A DNA stretch of 64,000 bases from a virus. The notes beneath the pieces are model-generated. The model did no database searches. It was not told the origin of the DNA and worked only from the letters and a program-made list of their open reading frames with translations. Of this stretch, positions 48,374-56,175 are shown piece by piece (position 1 is the first letter of the stretch; each line of letters opens with the position of its first letter). The stretch spans positions 26,163-90,162 of IMG/VR virus record IMGVR_UViG_3300035670_000105. One strand, 5' to 3'. The position numbers and the translations under genes are program-made.

Positions 48374-48779
48374 AGTCATCGAGCAGAGTGAGTGAACCAA
48401 TGCTCTGGTGGAAGACGCCGATGTTGCCAGTATCCAGCAACAGGCGCTGAGCGGTGAGCAGGTTTTCCCGGCTCACCTTGAAGGTGCTGGGCTGATCGGG
48501 CTCCACCGGATCTGCGGGGCCCGTATATTCATGAAGCGTCACCAAGACCTTCTGCTTGGTGATGTTCCGGCTGCTGGCAGTGCCGATGGTTTGATCAGGA
48601 TTCCGCTGACGGGTTTCCTTAGAACCAGGCGCTCCCCAGTAGCTATAACGATCAAGCTGAACTGTCTGTCCTGGCATCTTGCTAAAGTCGTGAACTACGA
48701 CCGGCTCGATTGCCATCTCGGCCACATAAGTGGGGTGCGGCCTATAAAGCTCAGCCCCAAGAATCTTGGGGAAATCACT
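48374..48779 (-). CDS. Major capsid protein, exon 2 (N4-gp56-like, HK97 fold)
   Basis: SDFPKILGAELYRPHP...DFSKMPGQTVQLDRY. Confidence 0.88.
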
Positions 48780-49129
48780 CAAGGGATCCCTGGTTTCCCA
48801 GGGGCTTGGACCATCTCATCATCCTCCACCGTTGAGGATGTCGGGCGCTCGTGCTGGTTATTAAGGGGGCTGAACCCCTCCAGTGGCCTCTGCACCTTCC
48901 GGCGGTGTACCGCCGGCTTGGCTCAGGATTACCCGTGCCTGCGCTTCTGAGACGCAAGCACTTTCAGGCACACCAGCGGCAGTGGATGCTGCAGCTGTCG
49001 CTGGTGCTCAGTTGTCAAGGTTCCCAGCTGCTGCTGGTCTGCTCAGAAGTGATGCCGATGGGGCTTCCCTGAATTCACCCGATGCTCACTCGACCGTTGC
49101 CGATCGAGGGGACAGTGTGAGGTTCACCT
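48780..49129 (-). ncRNA. Group I intron 1 of the capsid gene (350 nt, ORF-less ribozyme)
   Basis: Exon U / terminal G; P AATTCAGGGAA 49065-49075; Q AATCCTGAGCCAAG 48917-48930; R GTGCAGAGGCCA 48884-48895; S ATGAGATGGTCC 48808-48819. Confidence 0.9.
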
Positions 49130-49141
49130 ATCAATCCACAA
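49130..49141 (-). CDS. Major capsid protein, exon 1 (TTG TGG ATT GAT = MWID)
   Basis: GGAGG SD at 49153-49157; joins in frame to SDFPK; spliced CDS is 1173 nt = 390 aa. Confidence 0.8.
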
Positions 49142-49210
49142 AACGGAAAGCGCCTCCTGCGCGAATTCGGTGTGGAGGCAACCGGGGTTGTTCCCGTGTG
49201 CCTTACGGCG

Positions 49211-49226
49211 GATGGTATGTACCCTT
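49211..49226. promoter_or_regulatory. Back-to-back motif variants: CATACCATC (-, capsid) and TACCCT (+, degenerate LAGLIDADG)
   Basis: gatggtatg at 49211-49219 abuts taccct at 49220-49225, 24 nt before ATG 49250. Confidence 0.55.
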
Positions 49227-49249
49227 ATGCCTGTGTAAGAGCAACTGCA

Positions 49250-50104
49250 ATGGCTGGCACGCCACGGACAATCCTCAACCCCTATGAATCGGCGGCCTTG
49301 ACGCGACTGGTGATGTCCTTCTGTTTGGGCAAGGGCTCGCTCTGCCTGTACAGCCGTTGCTATGTCCTGCAGATCGCCCAACCCAATCGCGCTGGCGACT
49401 ACGCCCACTACCAGTGGCGGCGCATCTGCCAGTTCATTCCGACCGCCAAGGCACCGCGCTTCCATCCCCTCGGGCCCGATGGCGAGGGGGAGGGAGATGA
49501 TCGCGGCCAGTGGCGGCTGCGCATCACCAGCCGCTGGTTTGAGACGGCCTACAACATGCTCTATCCGCTGAGCGGTGCGGATCCCGAGAGTGGCTTTCGG
49601 CCGTTCCGCATCGAGCAGCCGGCGCTGGAGTTGCTCGGCGCAGAGGCCATCGCGTCACTGTGGGCGGATCGCGGCCGCGTCCTGCGCGGCACTGGAGCAC
49701 TCAAGGGCCAGCTGAACCTCAGCCGCATCTCCTTTGAAGAAGCGGATCTACTGGCTGCCTGGATCAGCCGGCTGACGGGTGCCAGCGGTGAAGTGGACCG
49801 CAGCCCCCGCAACGCCAATGCCCCGATGCTTTTCCTGGATCAGGACGATCTGCTGGCGATGCTGCAGGCCTTGCGCCCCACCTGGATGGCGCAGGCTCCC
49901 TGCCTGCTGAGCAAGTTCCAGCCGGAGCTGCCGCCGCCATCGAAGGCAATCCCGCGTCGCTCGCGCCGCCGTCGCCTGGCACTGTCGGCTGCGATCGAAT
50001 CAGGCCCTGCCGGTGTGGCGCCGGTGCCAGCGGAGCGGAAGCGCAACCGGCGCATCCCGGTACAACGGCCGATGCTGCCGCCGCTGCTCAACCAAGCAAG
50101 TTGA
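49250..50104 (+). CDS. Degenerate LAGLIDADG (I-SceI/LAGLIDADG_2-like) protein lacking catalytic Asp residues
   Basis: SFCLGKG and AIASLWADRG at the two motif positions; spacing and intervening pattern fit the fold; basic C-tail. Confidence 0.65.
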   Translation: MAGTPRTILNPYESAALTRLVMSFCLGKGSLCLYSRCYVLQIAQPNRAGDYAHYQWRRICQFIPTAKAPRFHPLGPDGEGEGDDRGQWRLRITSRWFETAYNMLYPLSGADPESGFRPFRIEQPALELLGAEAIASLWADRGRVLRGTGALKGQLNLSRISFEEADLLAAWISRLTGASGEVDRSPRNANAPMLFLDQDDLLAMLQALRPTWMAQAPCLLSKFQPELPPPSKAIPRRSRRRRLALSAAIESGPAGVAPVPAERKRNRRIPVQRPMLPPLLNQAS

Positions 50105-50918
50105 GTGCTTCCAGGAAGTAGGGGGACTGGGCGAAGCGCCTCTGGCCCGTCCCCTCCAGATCAGCGCTGACGGCCTGGGCGGCTGGCCTGGACTTGAGGC
50201 TGCTGCCCAGATCGGCGATCAAGGTGTTGAGGTTCTGGCTGCTGCTGATCGCCGCGGCCGTCAATGGCGACACGTTGCTGCTGGTGCCGGCGAGCAGGGG
50301 GGTGAGATCAGCGCCGCTGCCGCCGTTGCGTGCTGCCAGGACCGCCAGCAGGGCGCCTGCATCGCCGTTGCCATCGGATGACACGGCTCCGCCGCCGGGA
50401 GCGGCTACCGCAGGCGCTGGAGCGCTGCTGGCGGGGACTGGTGTACCGCTGTTGCCCGGGTTGGGCGCAGCTCCCAGTCGTCGGTTGTAGAAGTCGAGGA
50501 GCCCCTGGCGGTCTTTCACCGGCTGGCCGTAGAAGCTCTTGCCGGCGCTGGTGGGCAGGGACGCCCACTCCGGTGCCAGGCGATTGAGCGCAGCGCCGTC
50601 GAGCGGCTTGGTGGGATCGACGCCGCGGCGACGCACCAACTCCAGGGCGGCCCTGTCCTGGTTTTCCGGCGTCATCGCCAGGTTCTGGCCGCTGTTGGCG
50701 CCCTTCCAGGTGGGGGAGAGGAACTGATAGGCGCCGGTGGCATCCGAGGCGTAGCCGCCGCTGCTCACCACCCGCCCCGGGTGGGGCTTGGATGGATCCA
50801 CCTTCTGATACCCGAAGGTGATGTCATAGCGAGGGCGACTGGCCTTGCTGTCCCAGGTGCCCTCGGCGTAGCTGATGGTGTCCAGCAGGGCGCGTTGTTG
50901 CGCCGTGATGCCACTCAC
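50088..50918 (-). CDS. Lambda-lysozyme-like (GH104) muramidase plus low-complexity tail
   Basis: RALLDTISYAEGT, ATGAYQFL, PENQDRAA, EWASLP. Confidence 0.9.
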   Translation of the reverse strand: MSGITAQQRALLDTISYAEGTWDSKASRPRYDITFGYQKVDPSKPHPGRVVSSGGYASDATGAYQFLSPTWKGANSGQNLAMTPENQDRAALELVRRRGVDPTKPLDGAALNRLAPEWASLPTSAGKSFYGQPVKDRQGLLDFYNRRLGAAPNPGNSGTPVPASSAPAPAVAAPGGGAVSSDGNGDAGALLAVLAARNGGSGADLTPLLAGTSSNVSPLTAAAISSSQNLNTLIADLGSSLKSRPAAQAVSADLEGTGQRRFAQSPYFLEALNLLG

Positions 50919-51244
50919 CGCCGTGCTCCGCTGAGCATCTGGTAACGGCGTGAGGGAGCAGGGCGCTCGCCGGTCTGCTGAGCGCGTTCGGCTTCCTGCG
51001 CTGCGGCGTCATCGCTGAGGCCCTTGGAGCGGAGGTTGGCGTGATCTTCGCGGAACTGCTCGATGCGCCGCTCGCGCTCCAGCTTGCTTTCACCGCCGCG
51101 GCCGATGTTGCGTTCACCGGCAAAGCGAGGGCGTGGGCCGGCCTTGGCCTCAGGGCGGCCTTCGCCCGGTTGCGCCGCGGTGGGCGACTGGGTGTGGCGT
51201 GCTGCAGCAGCAGCCACCTCATTCGATCCCGCGAAGCGTCTCAA
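50915..51244 (-). CDS. Hypothetical protein (two RFAG motifs)
   Basis: TTG start 20 nt after the promoter motif. Confidence 0.55.
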   Translation of the reverse strand: MRRFAGSNEVAAAAARHTQSPTAAQPGEGRPEAKAGPRPRFAGERNIGRGGESKLERERRIEQFREDHANLRSKGLSDDAAAQEAERAQQTGERPAPSRRYQMLSGARR

Positions 51245-51264
51245 GGTTTCGCCGTAGCTGCGGA

Positions 51265-51273
51265 GAGGGTATG
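51265..51273 (-). promoter_or_regulatory. CATACCCTC promoter motif
   Basis: 20 nt before TTG 51244. Confidence 0.7.
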
Positions 51274-51310
51274 GAACCCAGCCAACTTGCGCCGACTGGG
51301 TTCTACCGCG

Positions 51311-51811
51311 TCAGACCATTGGCATGGTGCCGGGTGTCTGACTGTCGCCGTTGAGCGCATCAATGGCACTGAGCAGACCCCAGGAGCCGACGCCAGTGGC
51401 CAGGACGCCGGCGGCAACCTGCTCGGCGGTTTGCCCGCCGCGATGGTTGATCCAATCCTGGCCCTGCTGCGCCGCCCAGTTGCGGACATGGCCACCCAGG
51501 GGCGCCTGGATGAAGTTGCCCTTGGCCGCCATCAGCCGCTGCTCAGGGGTGAGATCGTTCCACCCCAGGGCCTGTTGATAGCCGCCGAAGCCTTCAAAGC
51601 GCCCATCGGCCGCCACCGCCGTAGCAGTGGCACCACGAACCGGAGCTGCTTCGCCCCGTTCATAGGCGGCGCGTTCGGCGACTTTCCCAGCCCGGCGACC
51701 AGGGGTATCCCGGAAGCGAACAGCATTGGGCCAAGCATCAGCCGCGGCCTGGTTACGCAACTGCTGAGCGCCCTGCGCCACCGGTGGGAGCAGGTGAAGC
51801 GAGGGGTTCAT
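51311..51811 (-). CDS. Hypothetical protein with C-terminal hydrophobic helix
   Basis: TGATG coupling. Confidence 0.65.
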   Translation of the reverse strand: MNPSLHLLPPVAQGAQQLRNQAAADAWPNAVRFRDTPGRRAGKVAERAAYERGEAAPVRGATATAVAADGRFEGFGGYQQALGWNDLTPEQRLMAAKGNFIQAPLGGHVRNWAAQQGQDWINHRGGQTAEQVAAGVLATGVGSWGLLSAIDALNGDSQTPGTMPMV

Positions 51812-52368
51812 CAGCCCACCCTCTGCGAGAGGCGAAGCATGGTGTTGTCCACCACCTGCCGGCCCTGGGCTGGCATCACATCCCAGATCGCCTGGTTGGC
51901 GAACTCCTGCGCCTTGACGAACGCATCAGTGGTGTCGGGCTGTTGATAGCCCGCACTCGCGCCGCGCAGAGCGTCCAGCTGGCGCTGAGTGGCCTGGGCC
52001 GGAGCGACCGTCTCTGCCAGTCGCATGGCGTTCTCGCCATCGATCTGTGCGTTCTGCAGTTGGCGGTTGCTGCTGAAGTGCAGCTCCCGGGCCATCGCCT
52101 GCTGAGGGGTGTCCGCCGCAATCGTCCGCGTCTGCGGCGATGCCGGAGCACCGGGGGAGAACACCTCACCGCTGAGCTGGCGGTTGGCCTCCATGTCCAT
52201 GTCGAGCTGCCGCTGCAGTGGTTGCATCGGCGGCGCCTGGGGTGCGGCGGGAGTGCCAGCCAGGCGGAAATCGCCGCCCTGGTACTCCATCAGGGCGGCA
52301 GCATCCTGCTGTCCCTTCATCCCCGGGGCCATCATCTCCCCGAGGTTCTTCCGAAATTGAATCGCCAT
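51811..52368 (-). CDS. Hypothetical Q/A-rich protein
   Basis: GGAGG SD. Confidence 0.65.
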   Translation of the reverse strand: MAIQFRKNLGEMMAPGMKGQQDAAALMEYQGGDFRLAGTPAAPQAPPMQPLQRQLDMDMEANRQLSGEVFSPGAPASPQTRTIAADTPQQAMARELHFSSNRQLQNAQIDGENAMRLAETVAPAQATQRQLDALRGASAGYQQPDTTDAFVKAQEFANQAIWDVMPAQGRQVVDNTMLRLSQRVG

Positions 52369-52382
52369 CAGATCCTCCTGGG

Positions 52383-53249
52383 TTAGGCGTAGGCGTTGAG
52401 GGCCTGCATTGCTGCGGCGTACTCCACCGGGTTGGCCTGCTGCTGACCCTGGGCGATCAGGTGATTGGCCAGGGCCAGTCCTGCAGCACCGGTGCCAGCG
52501 GCGAGAGCGCCGTAGGCCATGCCGGTTTGCACGGGGGAAAGGTTGTTCATCCGCGGCATCCAGCTGGGCATGCCGATGTCCGCGGGAGGCCTGACAGAGG
52601 TGGTGGCGCCAAAGCGCGAGGCAAGGGCGTCCTTCTCCAGGCCAAGGATTTTCATGGCCAGCAGCTGTTGCTCCTCGCTTTCGCCCATCAGATCGACACC
52701 CAGCTGCTGCGCTGCGCGGCCGGCGCCGTGGGCCATGCCCATCAGATGGCTGCTTGTCAGCTCCTGGTTTGCCCGCATCTTGCCCGCCGTGATCTCACGG
52801 GCCTGGGCCATTACATCGGGAGTGGCATTGGCCAGCGGGATTTCGCTCACCTCCTCGATGATCTCAAGCGGTGTGCGGCCGCTGTTTTCAGATGCCTTCT
52901 TCAAGGCCGTATCCAGCGGCTCCTCCACCCACTGGCCATTCACCTTGTACTTGTGAAGGACGGGTGCATAGGGGATGGTGCGACCATTCTTCTCGTAATT
53001 GAAGATGGCAAACCCACCCTGATCCTGGCCAGCCCTGGCCTTCCCGATGATGGTGCGCTCCTCCCGCCAGGTCTTGCCGTTTTCCTTAACGGCCTGCGCG
53101 AGATACTCTTCAACCGCTGGATCTTCAGGGGGGTAATCCCCACCCCCACCGGAGGTGCGGCGAGGGGCGGCGCCAGGCGCTGCGGCAGCGCCCTCCTCAT
53201 AGGTGGGGGTGTCACTGACGACACCTCGGCCTTTCAGTGAGCGAGGCAT
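52383..53249 (-). CDS. Hypothetical protein with C-terminal hydrophobic helix
   Basis: Operon context. Confidence 0.65.
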   Translation of the reverse strand: MPRSLKGRGVVSDTPTYEEGAAAAPGAAPRRTSGGGGDYPPEDPAVEEYLAQAVKENGKTWREERTIIGKARAGQDQGGFAIFNYEKNGRTIPYAPVLHKYKVNGQWVEEPLDTALKKASENSGRTPLEIIEEVSEIPLANATPDVMAQAREITAGKMRANQELTSSHLMGMAHGAGRAAQQLGVDLMGESEEQQLLAMKILGLEKDALASRFGATTSVRPPADIGMPSWMPRMNNLSPVQTGMAYGALAAGTGAAGLALANHLIAQGQQQANPVEYAAAMQALNAYA

Positions 53250-53252
53250 GGC

Positions 53253-54380
53253 TCAACCCTCCATGAAGAGCACCTTGCGGCGCACGGCGTCAGCCGGGGC
53301 GGTGGCCAGCACCTTCCAGGCGTCCTGAGGATTGGTGTCCATCAGCTGCGAGAACTGGGACCAGGGATCACCAATCTGGCCACTGGAGGCCGCGGCGGGG
53401 TTGGGCATCGGGGGCATCTGCGGACGCTGGAACGCCTGGGCCTGGGCCTGCTGTTGAGCCAGCGCTTCGCCGTAGGGATCCATCCGGGGGTTCTCGGCGC
53501 GGGGCATCAGCGGTTCACCGCTCTGCACCATCCCCTGCTCCAGCGCGGCCTGGGCAGCTTCCGCCGGGGTTTGCACCGGATAGGGGCCGTCCTCCGAGAA
53601 GAACTTGAGGGTGTAATCGCTGAGGGTGGCGGGATCGGTGAGGATCGTCATCATCGCCTCACGATCTGCGGAAGCAGCCTGCAGGACAGCCTGCACGCGC
53701 TCGATGTAGTCGCGCTGCTCGGCGATCACCTGGGACTGCTGCTGCTGGTGGCCCAGGGACTCCAGCAGGGCGTCTTCCACCTGGATGGAATAGGCGTTCA
53801 GCTTGGCGGGGGTTTCCGCGCCGAAGTGGCTGAGGACTTCCAGCGACTCATCGGAGATGGCGCTGAGGTAGCCGTCAGCGGCGGGAGCGGCGGGTTGCTG
53901 CTGGACGATCTGCGCCGCCGCGGCCTGCTGCGCCCACTGGGCCACTTCCACCGGGCTGGGGGAGTACGCCTGAGTTGCTGGGGGCGAGTAGGTCTGGGCT
54001 GCCATAGGCGAGGGCATTGCCTGCGGCATTTGCGGGACTGCCCAGTTGCCCGTCTGCGCTGCCGTCAACCCTTGTGGGGTCATAGCTGAGGGTGCCGCCC
54101 ATGCCATAGATGGCTGCTGCGGCATCGGGGCGCCGATCAGCTGGTTGAACGCCGCCTGCCAGGGCTGAGCCTGGGGCTGCGCTGCCGAATCCCAGCTGGG
54201 CTGTGTAGGCACCACCGCCTGCGGTTGCATCTGAGGCATGACCCCAGGTGGCATCGAGGCGCTGGGCGGCATTGGCGCGGCGGTCGGCGCGGCCGCGTTC
54301 CAGCTCGGTTGGCTCGCCGCGGGTGGCGCGTAGGCGATCGGCGTCGCTGAGGGTTGGGGGGATACTTGCGAAGTCGACAT
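53253..54380 (-). CDS. Putative capsid scaffolding protein
   Basis: Between portal and capsid; P/Q/A-rich N-terminus, coiled-coil core, short conserved-looking C-terminus. Confidence 0.6.
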   Translation of the reverse strand: MSTSQVSPQPSATPIAYAPPAASQPSWNAAAPTAAPMPPSASMPPGVMPQMQPQAVVPTQPSWDSAAQPQAQPWQAAFNQLIGAPMPQQPSMAWAAPSAMTPQGLTAAQTGNWAVPQMPQAMPSPMAAQTYSPPATQAYSPSPVEVAQWAQQAAAAQIVQQQPAAPAADGYLSAISDESLEVLSHFGAETPAKLNAYSIQVEDALLESLGHQQQQSQVIAEQRDYIERVQAVLQAASADREAMMTILTDPATLSDYTLKFFSEDGPYPVQTPAEAAQAALEQGMVQSGEPLMPRAENPRMDPYGEALAQQQAQAQAFQRPQMPPMPNPAAASSGQIGDPWSQFSQLMDTNPQDAWKVLATAPADAVRRKVLFMEG

Positions 54381-56163
54381 CGGAATACTGACCGGAATAG
54401 GAGAGTTCTCGCCTGAGGTGATCAAGTGTCCTGTAGATGTACGGGACGAGATCGAGCTGTGGATCAGCGGCGAGTGGCAGATCCGGCTCTTGTGGATGCG
54501 GCACTTGGAAGCCGCTTCTGATCAAGTCGATGAAAATTCCAGCTGAGCGTTGTGTCGCTTCAACCATGCGGAACGGATAGCCGCTCAACATGGCAGCGCG
54601 CTCTTCTGGTGTTTTCTGCGGGAACAGGTACTGGAGTCCCTCGATCGAGGAGACACCAAGTTCCTGCAGGTTCCGGCAGACGATGGAGTTGTTGAGGATG
54701 TCCTGTGGCGAGTCTTCAAAAACCTGACCCGTCCAGCGCCAGTCTACCCGTGCATCACCATCAGGGATCAAGCCGACAACATCCGACGGGATGTCGCCGG
54801 TCTGCTTGACCTCTTCAATGGCTTCTGCCACCTGCTGCTGCCAGCTGGTGAACGCCTTGTCGTACTTGGCGCGGGCTGCATCCACCTCCTCCGGCGGCAA
54901 CTGCTCTGGCAGCACTGGTTCTGGTTTGACCAGGCCCAATGCCTGCGCCAATGACTCACGGAAGATCGTCTCTTCGTGATGAATCATCAGCGCGAAGATC
55001 CGGCAGAAGCCGTATTCCATCAGATCCCGGTTCTTGCGGGTGGCCGTTGTTGCGACGCGGCCATAGAGCGTGCGCACCTCAAAGGCGGTGGCACCGGAAG
55101 AGATGGAGAGATCATCAACGCCGCCGAGGGCAGCGCGGATCATCTCTTGGTACGCCTGGGCGTAGGCGGTGAGATCACCGCTGACCGGATCCGGCGTGAT
55201 GTAGCCGACGCGATCGGCGGCCTCGACATTGGCGATGATCCGCGGCACCCGCAGGCCCTCGGAGTAGCCGCCACCGGTGGGCTGGGAGACACGGGTGGAA
55301 GCCCGGTTCAGGCCGACGAAGCCACTGGAGGAGGAGATGGTGGCGCGTTGAGCGGTGCTCGACTCGCTGTCAGGCTCAACCAGATCGTGGCGCGGGCGGC
55401 TGGAGACGAGGGTGGGTGTCCCGAAGAAGCGCAGGTTGCCCTTGATCGCCTTCACCATCCGATCGTGCTGAAGGATGTAGCCACCCACCCAGTCGAACTC
55501 GCCGTGGCCGCTGCCGGCCTGCAGACCGCGGTTGTTGAAGACCTCGGTGGCGGGGATGAAGCCAAGGGAGTTGACCAGGGTTTCGCCGGGCCGGCCGGCG
55601 ACCAGCTCTTCCCCGAACTGGGGACGCTCGGGGGAGATTGCCTGCTCGATGCGATCAGCGAAGACGCGCAGCCGAATCCAGCGCAGCTCGCCATTGCTGG
55701 CACCAGCGAAGAACCGCTCCTCTGCGCCGCCGAGCTGACTGGTGCCAAGGGCGCTGCCGAAGCCCCGGGGCGGACGCACCTTGAAGGAGTAGATGATCTG
55801 GACTTCTTCCAGGAAGCCGTCCTCGTCGTAGTAGGTGCGGTACTGATCCTGGGAGAAGTAGTGGATGCGGTAGAGATCGCGGGCGGGGCGGAAGTAGAGC
55901 AGCCCTTTGCCATCGATCAGGAACGAGTCGATGATCGACTCAAAGCGGGAGGACAGCTCGTTGAAGTCCACCACGCGGCGAAGGAACTCGCGGCGCTGGT
56001 TGAAGGAATCCTGCCGTGCGAAGAACTCGATGCCCTGGCGGAGCATGAACAGCCGCATCTGGCTGAGATGGGCCGCCACGACCATCGTGTCGACGCCATC
56101 GCCCACGGTGCGGTTGCGGGCCGCCTCAAGGATGGACTGAAAGCGTGTGGCGTCGAAGCTCAC
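53875..56163 (-). CDS. Portal protein
   Basis: Size and position after terL; GKGLLYFRP, GFIPATEVFN, GHGEFD, SGATA motifs. Confidence 0.75.
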   Translation of the reverse strand: MSFDATRFQSILEAARNRTVGDGVDTMVVAAHLSQMRLFMLRQGIEFFARQDSFNQRREFLRRVVDFNELSSRFESIIDSFLIDGKGLLYFRPARDLYRIHYFSQDQYRTYYDEDGFLEEVQIIYSFKVRPPRGFGSALGTSQLGGAEERFFAGASNGELRWIRLRVFADRIEQAISPERPQFGEELVAGRPGETLVNSLGFIPATEVFNNRGLQAGSGHGEFDWVGGYILQHDRMVKAIKGNLRFFGTPTLVSSRPRHDLVEPDSESSTAQRATISSSSGFVGLNRASTRVSQPTGGGYSEGLRVPRIIANVEAADRVGYITPDPVSGDLTAYAQAYQEMIRAALGGVDDLSISSGATAFEVRTLYGRVATTATRKNRDLMEYGFCRIFALMIHHEETIFRESLAQALGLVKPEPVLPEQLPPEEVDAARAKYDKAFTSWQQQVAEAIEEVKQTGDIPSDVVGLIPDGDARVDWRWTGQVFEDSPQDILNNSIVCRNLQELGVSSIEGLQYLFPQKTPEERAAMLSGYPFRMVEATQRSAGIFIDLIRSGFQVPHPQEPDLPLAADPQLDLVPYIYRTLDHLRRELSYSGQYSDVDFASIPPTLSDADRLRATRGEPTELERGRADRRANAAQRLDATWGHASDATAGGGAYTAQLGFGSAAPGSALAGGVQPADRRPDAAAAIYGMGGTLSYDPTRVDGSADGQLGSPANAAGNALAYGSPDLLAPSNSGVLPQPGGSGPVGAAGRGGADRPAATRRSRR

Positions 56164-56175
56164 GGGGAACCCTCG

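Noticed and set aside
46414-48782. Capsid as a broken pseudogene, two separate genes, or an intein-containing gene
   Set aside because: Group I core elements and exact frame-restoring U/G splice junctions explain the breaks; the HEG is on the opposite strand, so it cannot be an intein
48780-48782. TTG start at 48782 (ORF track MSDFPK) as the real capsid start
   Set aside because: It spans the intron terminal G next to the P9 hairpin with no SD, whereas exon 1 has a GGAGG SD and joins in frame
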